DNA of 23,864 nt from Methanocella sp. Lineage in GTDB: Archaea > Thermoproteota > Bathyarchaeia > Bathyarchaeales > Bathycorpusculaceae. Positions 15,520-23,864 of this stretch are shown here, piece after piece. The stretch spans positions 1 through 23,864 of the forward strand of contig JBLNCY010000054.1 of NCBI GenBank assembly GCA_050261115.1, in the 5' to 3' direction. The position numbers were made by a program, and so were the translations under genes. Numbering within the stretch: the stretch's first letter is position 1; each line of letters opens with the position of its first letter. The notes under the pieces were generated by a model. It was not told the origin of the DNA, made no database searches, and saw only the letters and a program-made list of their open reading frames with translations.

Positions 15520-16614
15520 CTACATTCGATAACTCAATTTCTTTTTTCTTAGTAGGAAAATAAAGAAGGGTCCGCCAGCGAGCGCTGTTATGATGCCCAC
15601 TGGCAATTCTGCAGCCCCCGTTAGAACTCGAGCTACTGCATCGCAGATAACAAGGAATATTGCGCCTACTATCACAGAGGCGGGCAGTAGAAGTCGATGG
15701 TCCGGTCCCATGATAAGTCTGGTCATGTGGGGTATCATTAGGCCAACAAAACCGATTGCGCCGCTGATAGATACTGCGGCAGCAGTCATCATGGCGCCAA
15801 GGGTAAGCAGGATTTTTTTTGTCCGCTCAGTGTTCACACCTAAATGCTGTGCAGTATCAGATCCTAGAGATATCATGTTTAATTCCCGAGAGAAGAAGTA
15901 GGACAAGATAATCCCTGCTATTATTAATGGGGTGATCTTCCAGATATCATTCCAACCAATGTTGGCGATGCCGCCAATCGTCCAGCTAACAAGGCCATGA
16001 AGCTGCAACGTAGGTGCTAAGATTTGCATAATCTGAAATACCGCTGAAAGGAAGAATGTTATCGCTAAACCTGAAAGCAATAACGTCATTTCAGGTACCC
16101 TTGTACCTACCCTGGAAATATTATAGACAACAAAAACTGTAACTAATGCAGCTGCGAATGCCGCTACTTGAGTAAATGGCAGACCTAGCAGGTTTAGACC
16201 TGAACCTACCAGTATTCCAATACCGGCGCCAACTGAAGCGCCAGTGGAAACACCCAACACAAATGAATCAGCCATGGGGTTTCTAAAAACGCCCTGATAT
16301 AGTACGCCTGATGCTGCTAAACCGGCGCCTATGATGATGCCGCCTATGATACGAGGCAAGCGTACATGTACGATGATACTTTCAATGCCTGCAAAGTTAG
16401 CTGGAAGTGTATTGGGGTCTATTGTGGAATTGATAAATGGGATTTGGTTACATAGTGCAGTGAGAATTTCTGGGAATGAAATAAATTCGTAACCGATATT
16501 TAATGCGACTAACGCTGTTAAAAATAGTGCTATGACAAGCAAAGTTAGGGTTAGTTTCCAACGCTTTGAACGCTTTGCATAAGCGGTTTCAATATTATTT
16601 ATATTGCTTGTCAC
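15520..16614 (-). CDS. btuC: FecCD/BtuC family ABC permease
   Basis: VRLPR, QGVFRNPMAD...GVSTGA, LGSDTAQHLGVN, GAIGFVGLMIPH and ELPVGIITALAGGPFF. Confidence 0.92.
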   Translation of the reverse strand: MTSNINNIETAYAKRSKRWKLTLTLLVIALFLTALVALNIGYEFISFPEILTALCNQIPFINSTIDPNTLPANFAGIESIIVHVRLPRIIGGIIIGAGLAASGVLYQGVFRNPMADSFVLGVSTGASVGAGIGILVGSGLNLLGLPFTQVAAFAAALVTVFVVYNISRVGTRVPEMTLLLSGLAITFFLSAVFQIMQILAPTLQLHGLVSWTIGGIANIGWNDIWKITPLIIAGIILSYFFSRELNMISLGSDTAQHLGVNTERTKKILLTLGAMMTAAAVSISGAIGFVGLMIPHMTRLIMGPDHRLLLPASVIVGAIFLVICDAVARVLTGAAELPVGIITALAGGPFFIFLLRKKKLSYRM

Positions 16615-16630
16615 GATTTTCCCCTAAAAA

Positions 16631-17608
16631 TTAGGAGGAGGAGTTAAAAAGTTGTGGGTAGAGACATTCCGCAACTGCTTGGACTTGCTCTGCGATTAGC
16701 ACTCCGGGTTCACTCATTATGTTTTGGTCAATGACGTATAAGCGGTCGTTTTTGATTGCGTCGATTGCGTACCAGCCGCCTCTTGCTTTAACGTCGGCCA
16801 CGCTACCATAGGATGGAGTGCCTGTGCCCATGTTTGTGGGTAGGATAATAACAGTTGGATTTCGTGCAATGATTACTTCAGAGCTCGTGTAGGGGAATTC
16901 GGCTGCTTGGTCTGCAAAGATGTTGACTCCGCCTGCGAGGGTAATTACATCGTTTAACCACGTGGCAGAGCCCGCAGTCATTATTCCTTGTGTAGAGTAG
17001 TAAACTTCATAGTAAACGGTAGGTTTTTCCGTAATTTCTGCGGCTGCAATTTTTTCTTGTATAGCGCTTATTTGTTGGCGTAACTCGTTAATTGTTTCTG
17101 TTGCTTTGGCGCCTGCGCCAGTAGCATCTCCTACAATTTGGATATCTCTGTAGACTCCTTCAACGCTCTCAGCACTTAGGACCACCACTTTGAAGCCTAG
17201 TTCACGCATACGGGGGATAGTCTCTGTATTTACATCGGAAGTGAAAATTATGTCTGGTTGTACACCAATGATTGCTTCTAGGTTGGGTGTTGAGAATCCG
17301 CCGACACAGGTCATGTTTCCCGCTTCAAACCATGCGGTAAAGTTGTATGGGTAGTCATCGTATGAGGTTAAGCCGACGATTTTGTCTCCGACACCTAATT
17401 CGTAGAGTATGGGTGTGATGCTTGGAGCTAGGGAAACTATTCTTTGGGGAACCGCGTCTAGCGTGGTTTGGGTGCCTTGGTCATCTACTATGACTATTTC
17501 GCCTGCCAGATTTTGGCCTGGTGGCGAGTTAAGGTAGTAGATGCCGATTAATGCCATCGAAACGATAACAGCGACTGTGACTAAGGCGATGATTTTGATG
17601 TTTTTCAT
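16631..17608 (-). CDS. btuF: BtuF-like substrate-binding protein (corrinoid), membrane-anchored
   Basis: N-terminal hydrophobic anchor, PQRIVSLAPSIT.ILYELG, PNLEAII, LAGGVNIF, SEVIIARNP and AIKNDRLY. Confidence 0.9.
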   Translation of the reverse strand: MKNIKIIALVTVAVIVSMALIGIYYLNSPPGQNLAGEIVIVDDQGTQTTLDAVPQRIVSLAPSITPILYELGVGDKIVGLTSYDDYPYNFTAWFEAGNMTCVGGFSTPNLEAIIGVQPDIIFTSDVNTETIPRMRELGFKVVVLSAESVEGVYRDIQIVGDATGAGAKATETINELRQQISAIQEKIAAAEITEKPTVYYEVYYSTQGIMTAGSATWLNDVITLAGGVNIFADQAAEFPYTSSEVIIARNPTVIILPTNMGTGTPSYGSVADVKARGGWYAIDAIKNDRLYVIDQNIMSEPGVLIAEQVQAVAECLYPQLFNSSS

Positions 17609-17736
17609 TGAGTTCTATCCTCTCTCGTTATAATTTTGGGTTGGATAAACCAGCCAGTTCTTATTAAGTTTACTGGAATCACGAAATAAACAAAACCAAG
17701 CCTATTATTGGAAAATTTTGTGAATTTCGAAGCGCT

Positions 17737-17747
17737 AAAAAAAGAAG
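17737..17747 (-). terminator. Oligo-T archaeal terminator candidate
   Basis: Minus strand CTTCTTTTTTT about 30 nt after the stop at 17777. Confidence 0.4.
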
Positions 17748-17776
17748 ATAGGGGGTAGCTAAACGGTTATGCGGTT

Positions 17777-18313
17777 TTAGCTAACTGCAAACAGGTCGTC
17801 AGACAGGGTTGGGTTTGTCACGATGCAGGTGATGAGAATCGAAGCAGTGTCAGTTGTGTAGGAGACGTCTTCGGTGTTGTCACCTTCTTCAACCATTTTA
17901 TCAATGTAGCTGTGCATCAGTGCGTCATAGTTTGCTAAGTCGTCTGCATAGTTGCTTTCGCTCCAGGTTGCACCTTCGTCCATGGTTGTCCAGGATTTTT
18001 CTGCGCCTTTGTCAACGATGTAGCTGAATTTACCTAGTTCACCCATATCCATGTCTACGCGAAGGATTTCAGTTTCGGTGTCTAGATTTTTGGCTGCAAA
18101 CTGGTAAATTACTACGTCACTGGTTTCACTGCTGGTTTCTTCTACGGCGAATTGTATTGAGGTGGCCTCTGAGACTGCAACGGGTTCTGGTGTGGGTGTT
18201 GGGTTGGTGTCTCCGCCGCTTGGGCTGTTGTTTAGGAGCAGTACGCCCGCGACGCCGACAATCAAAATTACGACTATAACCGCGACGACAACATAAATAG
18301 TCTTTTTATTCAT
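17777..18313 (-). CDS. Membrane-anchored extracellular acidic protein with Pro/Thr linker (possible LolA-like fold)
   Basis: MNKK plus a hydrophobic anchor, TNPTPTPEP linker, beta-rich acidic domain ending NPTLSDDLF. Start ATG 18313 or GTG 18322. Confidence 0.8.
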   Translation of the reverse strand: MNKKTIYVVVAVIVVILIVGVAGVLLLNNSPSGGDTNPTPTPEPVAVSEATSIQFAVEETSSETSDVVIYQFAAKNLDTETEILRVDMDMGELGKFSYIVDKGAEKSWTTMDEGATWSESNYADDLANYDALMHSYIDKMVEEGDNTEDVSYTTDTASILITCIVTNPTLSDDLFAVS

Positions 18314-18537
18314 TGTAGTCACCGATTGGTAGAGATGTTTTTAACATTAAATTAATATAAGCTTTTCCAAAGTTTAATCAATCTAGTCGAAAATTGAACA
18401 TCAAATTCAATTCAAGTTTACTACTGTGCTTCTTTTTACTTTTCACTTTCAGTCACCCCTCCCCTTCACGGGAAAACACTTTTGCGGATGCTTTTAAATA
18501 TCGCCTCCAACACATCCACGTTAAAGCTGTGAAAATC

Positions 18538-19608
18538 ATGTCAGAAGACACCGACCAAAAAACAGAAGGAGCCATTGAACTCGAAAACGCCATAGAAGAA
18601 AAAAGCGAACAAGTAAAACGTATGGAAGAAAACAAAAAGAAATACGAATTCATCGAAGATCTCCCCGGCGTAGGCCCCGCAACAGCGGCAAAACTGCGAG
18701 AACTCGGTTACCACACCGTAGAATCCTTAGCCATGGCGACCAGCCGGGAACTAGAACCCGTCGGTGTCAGCGAAAAGAAAGCCTTCCAAATCATCGAAGC
18801 CGCAAGATCATCCGTCGGCATAGCGTTTATCCGCGCAGACGAACTCTTCAAGATGCGCAAAACAGTAGCCCGACTAACCTCTGGCAGTAAAGCGCTAGAT
18901 AAAGTTCTAGCTGGCGGTTTAGAAACCCAAACCATAACTGAATTCTACGGCGAATACGGCAGCGGCAAAAGCCAAATGTGCCACCAACTATGCATAAACG
19001 TCCAGTTGCCTCCCGAACGCGGCGGACTAAACGGCGGCGTACTCTATATCGATACAGAAAACACATTCCGCCTTGAGCGTATTATTCAGATGGCAACAGC
19101 AGCCGGATTAGACCCCGAGCAAGCCGTCAAAAACATAATCTATGCCGAAGCCTACACAAGCGACCACCAAATGTTCCTACTGGAAAACGCTGACGAAATC
19201 ATAAAAGCAAACAACATCAAACTCATCATCATAGACTCCTTAACCGCCCACTTCCGAAGCGAATACGTCGGAAGAGAAATGCTTGCCAGCCGCCAGCAGA
19301 GACTAAACAAGCACATGCATAAACTCGTCGCGCTCGCCCGCGCCTTCAACGCCGTGGCAGTCGTAACCAACCAGGTTATGGCCAAACCGGACCAATTTTT
19401 CGGCGACGCCATTCACCCCATCGGCGGCAACATCGTTGGCCACACAAGTCATACCCGCATATACCTGCGCCGAGCATCCCATGGCCCCATCCGCATCGCA
19501 AGACTCGTCTCAAGCCCCTACCTGCCAGAAGGAGAAGAAATCCTCAAAGTCACCGAGAACGGCATAGAGGACGTCTCCGAAGAAGAGAAGGCAACCAAAC
19601 GCCGATAA
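18538..19608 (+). CDS. radA: DNA repair and recombination protein RadA
   Basis: N-terminal HhH IEDLPGVGPATAAKL, Walker A GEYGSGKSQ, YIDTENTFR, IIIDSLTAHFRSEY, VTNQV and GGNIVGH. No intein. Start set to ATG 18538. Confidence 0.97.
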   Translation: MSEDTDQKTEGAIELENAIEEKSEQVKRMEENKKKYEFIEDLPGVGPATAAKLRELGYHTVESLAMATSRELEPVGVSEKKAFQIIEAARSSVGIAFIRADELFKMRKTVARLTSGSKALDKVLAGGLETQTITEFYGEYGSGKSQMCHQLCINVQLPPERGGLNGGVLYIDTENTFRLERIIQMATAAGLDPEQAVKNIIYAEAYTSDHQMFLLENADEIIKANNIKLIIIDSLTAHFRSEYVGREMLASRQQRLNKHMHKLVALARAFNAVAVVTNQVMAKPDQFFGDAIHPIGGNIVGHTSHTRIYLRRASHGPIRIARLVSSPYLPEGEEILKVTENGIEDVSEEEKATKRR

Positions 19609-19628
19609 AGCAGCATCCCTGCATCCCT

Positions 19629-19666
19629 TCTATATATACGGGAGGGGATCCCTCGGCAGAGCACAA
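19629..19666 (-). repeat. Dispersed intergenic repeat, inverted copy
   Basis: Reverse complement is TTGTGCTCTGCCGAG GGAT CCCCTCCCGTATATATAGA, located about 20 bp after the radA stop. Confidence 0.8.
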
Positions 19667-19748
19667 GCCATGCGTCGCCGGCTTTAGCCTCTTTAGAGGA
19701 AACACTTAAAGACCGATTCACCGATTAAGATGACTAAGACGTGAGAAC

Positions 19749-20234
19749 ATGCCTATTGCACAAGCATTAGTCACACGCTATTTCCAGCTAATTGTGAACC
19801 GCCAGTTTACGGAAGCTGAACGTGAGTTAGAACGCGTCAAACAAAAGATGCAAAAGACAGAGTGGAACCGAGGCTACTTCCGTGCCTTGTATGGCATGTA
19901 TCTTACACGTAAGAACACTGCTGATGACTATGCTTTTTTCTCTAAAGTTGACTTCAGCGATAAAGTCGCTCTAAATGATTACCGCAAAGAGTTCTTGGCT
20001 CATATGGGTAACGGTTTGCACGGGGACTTTGATCGTGGATATTTTTCGGCTTGGGCGGATTGTATGCGAATTATTTCCCGTATGAATATCCCTGCACCTA
20101 AGGCCGCTGAGGAAAAGTCGAAGATTGAGACGGTACGCTCCGATAAGAGTCAGGCGACTATCGCTAATTTTATCCAGGAAACTGGGGAGAGCCAAGAGGT
20201 CGCTGACGAGAAGGCTGATGAGAAGACCGATTAA
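19749..20234 (+). CDS. Hypothetical protein, helical with a charged low-complexity tail
   Basis: 161-aa ORF with an internally repeated motif WNRGYFRAL / FDRGYFSAW. Confidence 0.8.
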   Translation: MPIAQALVTRYFQLIVNRQFTEAERELERVKQKMQKTEWNRGYFRALYGMYLTRKNTADDYAFFSKVDFSDKVALNDYRKEFLAHMGNGLHGDFDRGYFSAWADCMRIISRMNIPAPKAAEEKSKIETVRSDKSQATIANFIQETGESQEVADEKADEKTD

Positions 20235-20251
20235 TTGAAAAATAATACGGT

Positions 20252-20545
20252 TTAGATGTAGACTTGGATGGCTGTGTAGGTTATCACGAAGAAGGTTATC
20301 CAAGTGAAGAAGTACATGCCGATGGCTGTGGTCAGGATTTTTGATTGCTGGGCTATCTTGTCTTTTAATTGGCCTCGTAGCAGATAATAGGTTACAACGT
20401 ATATTGCAAGCGCGACTGTGATGCTGTTTAGAAGCGGCGTATAATCTGCTGCAGCGTAAATGAATTGAGCAAATACCGCGGAGATTATACCTGCAACTAT
20501 GCCTAAGACGACTCTTAACCAGTAAAGTTTAACGACAGGAGTCAT
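20252..20545 (-). CDS. EMC6/Rab5ip-like three-TM membrane protein
   Basis: From ATG 20545: LYWLRVVLGIVAGIISAV ... GMYFFTWITFFVITYTAIQVY. Length, three TM segments and terminal motifs resemble EMC6. Confidence 0.65.
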   Translation of the reverse strand: MTPVVKLYWLRVVLGIVAGIISAVFAQFIYAAADYTPLLNSITVALAIYVVTYYLLRGQLKDKIAQQSKILTTAIGMYFFTWITFFVITYTAIQVYI

Positions 20546-20696
20546 GTGTAACCTAAACCTCGAGTGTAATATTTGGAACTTTCTTAAAAAGCCTCCCCAA
20601 GTATTAACCCTTTTCACCACCCACACGCGCCCATTTCACAGATTACGGGTGGTAATGGTTATTTTATAGTTAACAGCCACTATACAGCATACCAAG

Positions 20697-22763
20697 GTGG
20701 ATGGCTTGCGTAAAAAGGAATTCTCAAGCTTCGACATTGCAGCGGCAGTCAAAGAACTCGGGCCCCAAATCACTCATTCCAGAGTGAACAACATCTACCA
20801 ATTCGGAGAGAAAACCTTTGTCTTCAAGCTACACAAAACCGACGCTCCCCCCATTCGCTTGGTTATTGAAGTTGGCAGACGGCTCCATTCCACCAGCTAC
20901 GCAGAAGAGAGCCCCGCTGAGCCCCCGCCGTTCTGCATGACCCTCCGCAAGCTAATCCGTGACTCCTGGCTCCGCAGCATCGAACAATACGAGTTTGAAA
21001 GAATTGTCATAGTAACCTTCGAAACCAAAACGGGGCTGCTCAGGATGGTGGTGGAGCTTTTCGGCGAAGGTAACATCATCATAACAAACGAGCAAAACAT
21101 CATCATCCAAGCTCTTGAATTCAAAAAGATGCGTGACCGCGACATCCTGCGCAACGTGGTTCTAGCGTATCCTCCTCCGAGCGGCAAAAACCCCTTCAAA
21201 GTCACCCAGCCCGAGCTCCAAGAAGCCCTGCAGGCAGGCGGGGGCGCAGAAGTCGTACGAGCGCTGGCAAGATCGCTGGGTATTGGCGGAACCTATGCAG
21301 AGGAAACTCTGCTTAGGGCGAACGTGGAAAAGAGCAAACCCTGCAAGGAACTAACCCTGCCAGAGACGCTCGCCGTATTCGGTGCTCTCCAAACGCTGCT
21401 TACGACGGTGCTTGAGGGTAAGTTTGAGCCAAACATAGTCTTAGATCAAGACGGCAACTACTATGACGTCTTACCCTTCAAGCTAAAACGCTATGAAGGC
21501 TGCAGCACGCAGCAGTTTGGTTCGTTTAATGAGGCGCTGGATGAGTTTTTCCTAAAGGTTACGGCGGTTGAGAAGGCTGCCAGCACCCTTGAGGTTGATA
21601 ATCTTAAGCAGGAAGTTAAGCGCCTCCAACGCATCGTGGACGAGCAGGAGAAATCTGTCGCTGAAGAGGAGAAGCGGGCCGAACGGAGCCGATTAATCGG
21701 CGACACCATCTATGCCCATTTTCAGGAGTTGCAGAAGTTCCAAGAGCAGCTCCTAAAGGCTGAACAGCAGGGCTACCAGTGGGATGCGATTGTTGCGCAG
21801 GTAATGGCTGCTAAGAAGGCGGGTAAGGCGCCGATGTCATATGTGGAGTCATTTGATGGCAAAAACCTGGCGTTAAACCTGGCTATCGATGGCTTCCATT
21901 TTAGTCTGGTCATTCGGGAGTCGCTTTTTGAAAACGCGAATGCCTACTACGAGCGTGGGAAGCGGGCAAAGGAAAAAGTGCAGGGCGCCCTCTTGGCACT
22001 CAACGAATCACAGAAGAAGCTTGCTGAGAAGACGGAGGAGCTCAAAGAGGCAGAGGAACTAAAGAGCTTAAAACCCGCACAGATCGTGGAAGCACTCGCC
22101 AAAAAGAAAGAGGAAATGGCCAACAAGCAGTGGTACGAAAAATTCCGCTGGTTCACCACCTCCGACGGCTTTCTAGTAGTTGCCGGTAAAGACTCCGTGA
22201 GCAACGAGGTTCTGATCAAAAAATACACAAAACAAGAAGACATCGTGTTCCACGCAGAGATCACGGGTTCACCGTTTGTCGTCATAAAAACAGAGGGCAA
22301 AGAAGTCAGTGAAGCTGCACTTAAAGAGGCTGCCGAGGCTGCAGCGTCCTACTCTCGCGCTTGGAGGGAAAACGCGGGCACAGCAGATGTCTACTGGGTC
22401 AAAGTGGATCAGCTTAGCAAGAGTGGACCCAGCGGCGAATTCATCCCGCACGGCGCGTTCTTTGTGGTGGGCAAGCGCAACTGGTATCGGAACACACCGC
22501 TCCGAATCGCTGTAGGTATTTGTTTGGGTGAGCCGGTGTCCTTTGTGGGTGGCCCGCTTGACTCGGTAAAGGCGAAAACTAAGATTTATGTGGTGATTCA
22601 GCCTGGCGATTATCAGGGCAAGGAGCTGCTGCAGATGGTCCTGCGCAGTCTAATCGCGAAGCTAAGCAAAGAGCAGCGGGAAAAAGCAGGTAAAATTAGC
22701 ATCGAGCAAATCCGAGAGTTCATACCCTACACTAAGGGCGCAATTAATGCTAAAGCAACTTAA
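20697..22763 (+). CDS. rqcH: Ribosome quality control protein Rqc2/RqcH (NEMF homologue, NFACT family)
   Basis: FSSFDI, PPPFCMTLRK, FERIV, VVELFGEGNII, coiled coils, ENANAYYERGK, and NFACT-R WYEKFRWFTTSDGFLVVAGKDSVSNE...FHAEITGSP. Confidence 0.95.
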   Translation: MDGLRKKEFSSFDIAAAVKELGPQITHSRVNNIYQFGEKTFVFKLHKTDAPPIRLVIEVGRRLHSTSYAEESPAEPPPFCMTLRKLIRDSWLRSIEQYEFERIVIVTFETKTGLLRMVVELFGEGNIIITNEQNIIIQALEFKKMRDRDILRNVVLAYPPPSGKNPFKVTQPELQEALQAGGGAEVVRALARSLGIGGTYAEETLLRANVEKSKPCKELTLPETLAVFGALQTLLTTVLEGKFEPNIVLDQDGNYYDVLPFKLKRYEGCSTQQFGSFNEALDEFFLKVTAVEKAASTLEVDNLKQEVKRLQRIVDEQEKSVAEEEKRAERSRLIGDTIYAHFQELQKFQEQLLKAEQQGYQWDAIVAQVMAAKKAGKAPMSYVESFDGKNLALNLAIDGFHFSLVIRESLFENANAYYERGKRAKEKVQGALLALNESQKKLAEKTEELKEAEELKSLKPAQIVEALAKKKEEMANKQWYEKFRWFTTSDGFLVVAGKDSVSNEVLIKKYTKQEDIVFHAEITGSPFVVIKTEGKEVSEAALKEAAEAAASYSRAWRENAGTADVYWVKVDQLSKSGPSGEFIPHGAFFVVGKRNWYRNTPLRIAVGICLGEPVSFVGGPLDSVKAKTKIYVVIQPGDYQGKELLQMVLRSLIAKLSKEQREKAGKISIEQIREFIPYTKGAINAKAT

Positions 22764-22774
22764 CGCCCACAAAC

Positions 22775-23695
22775 ATGGCAAACGTTAAATTTTCAAATAA
22801 ACGATTGGACACAGTGACGTGCATGACCCAACAAGATCTGGGCTTCAAGCAAAAACTACAAAGTACTGCACCATACATTTTGGTTGTCGCAGTCGCGCTT
22901 TTAGCTTATGAAACCTACTTGCTCCAGAAGTCTTTCTTGGCGCTATACCAGATTTACCTAAACATCACCCAAAACGCTGGCCCAGACGGGGTTTCAGCAC
23001 TTGGCTATATGTGGTTTGCTTCTGAAGTGAGTGGTGAAGTGGGGTTGATTTTGCGTTTTGTGGGTTCGTTGTTTTTTGTGGCGTTTGCGGTGGCGCTTTG
23101 GAGAGGAAAGCCAGCCTTAACGTATCTTAGACGGGGTGTGCTGCTTGAGGCAATCCAGTACCTATTCCTAATCCCGTTCATCATCCAGTGGCTTATCTTC
23201 TCGGGGATGAGAGCGGAGTTACCAATTATTTCATTTAGCCTTCAGATTGTACTGATAACACCGACGTTACTGACGCTCTACCTTCGCCTAAAGCAACCCA
23301 ATACCAGCAATGTCGCCTTCTTGAAGGCGGCAGCAGTCGCCGCAGTTGCTTTCATGTTTGCCATGTGGGTCAAGCACTTTTTCTTTAACCTCTATGCGCT
23401 TCCCATGGACTTCAGCAACATGCTTCTTACAATGGGGTTTGTTAATTCAGCCGTGACTCTTCTGGCGTCAGCCTTGATTTTGGTGGCTGTCTTTTTGCCC
23501 TTCCTTAGAGGTAAACGCGGCGATTTTAGCTTAAAAGGCATAGGCGTTGCCTTTTTGCTTGCTAGCATCTACTTCTTTGTCTACTTCGCGGTTGCAGCGG
23601 TTAACTCCGGTTATCAAGCATTTGTTGCGTTAACCGAGTTGTGGATGGTTTCATTGGTAATGGCCAGCGCAGGCTTGCTTTTGCAGAGAAAGTAG
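22775..23695 (+). CDS. Polytopic membrane protein of unknown function
   Basis: About eight hydrophobic segments; start may be ATG 22823. Confidence 0.8.
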   Translation: MANVKFSNKRLDTVTCMTQQDLGFKQKLQSTAPYILVVAVALLAYETYLLQKSFLALYQIYLNITQNAGPDGVSALGYMWFASEVSGEVGLILRFVGSLFFVAFAVALWRGKPALTYLRRGVLLEAIQYLFLIPFIIQWLIFSGMRAELPIISFSLQIVLITPTLLTLYLRLKQPNTSNVAFLKAAAVAAVAFMFAMWVKHFFFNLYALPMDFSNMLLTMGFVNSAVTLLASALILVAVFLPFLRGKRGDFSLKGIGVAFLLASIYFFVYFAVAAVNSGYQAFVALTELWMVSLVMASAGLLLQRK

Positions 23696-23698
23696 CGT

Positions 23699-23749
23699 TT
23701 GTTGCTTTGCCGAGGGGGCCCCTCCCTTATATATAGACTCAACAACCGC
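23699..23749 (+). repeat. Dispersed intergenic repeat, clear copy
   Basis: TTGTTGCTTTGCCGAG GGGG CCCCTCCCTTATATATAGACTCAACAACCGC, starting 3 bp after the upstream stop codon. Confidence 0.85.
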
Positions 23750-23864
23750 CGGCGCAGGCATTTTGAGGATAATGTCGAGGGGATGTGAGTAGCACTGTTT
23801 GTGTTGTTCTTTATTTACTCTTAAATATCTAAAGTCGCTAAAAACACTTGAAGATTATTATGGA

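Noticed and set aside
17609-17776. Cobalamin riboswitch upstream of btuF
   Set aside because: The region is short and AT-rich with no B12-box or GGGAA-containing core visible.
18394-18537. Hydrophobic N-terminal extension of RadA resembling a signal peptide
   Set aside because: It is translation of the T-rich promoter region. A TATA-like TTTTAAATA near 18492-18500 supports the ATG at 18538.
11983-22515. Many antisense and off-frame ORFs inside the cbiG, amidotransferase, btu, radA and rqc2 genes
   Set aside because: They are fully nested in well-supported genes and carry no motifs; typical shadow ORFs.
8781-23749. Dispersed repeat as a CRISPR array or replication-origin ORB
   Set aside because: Copies are kilobases apart with no spacers or cas genes. 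The sequence does not match the ORB consensus and no cdc6/orc1 gene is nearby.

Overview
Archaeal chromosomal window. Archaeal RadA, an archaeal-type Rqc2/NEMF, TATA-like promoters and GGTGA ribosome-binding sites support this; gene content suggests Bathyarchaeia, which is an inference. Left to right: a partial PPP-family Ser/Thr phosphatase missed by the ORF track, an alkaline-phosphatase-superfamily enzyme, a small membrane protein, a USP, tRNA-Lys(CTT), PfpI/DJ-1, small hypotheticals, a nucleoside deoxyribosyltransferase-like protein, mntP, uvrC (no C-terminal HhH domain visible), an MFS transporter, a corrinoid uptake/salvage cluster (btuF-btuC-btuD-like ABC transporter, a domain-inverted CobQ/CbiA-like amidotransferase, cbiG), radA, an EMC6-like membrane protein, rqc2 and a membrane protein. 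No transposase, integrase or CRISPR array was seen. The main unexplained signals are: (1) a dispersed intergenic repeat of about 35-50 bp (TTGTTGCTTTGCCGAG-N4-CCCCTCCCTTATATA(TA)GA) with three clear copies and one degenerate copy; (2) an unannotated 43-aa Pro-Xaa repeat microprotein followed by an 87-nt element closed by a perfect 11-bp inverted repeat; (3) patchwise switching between C/A-ending and G/T-ending codons inside genes.
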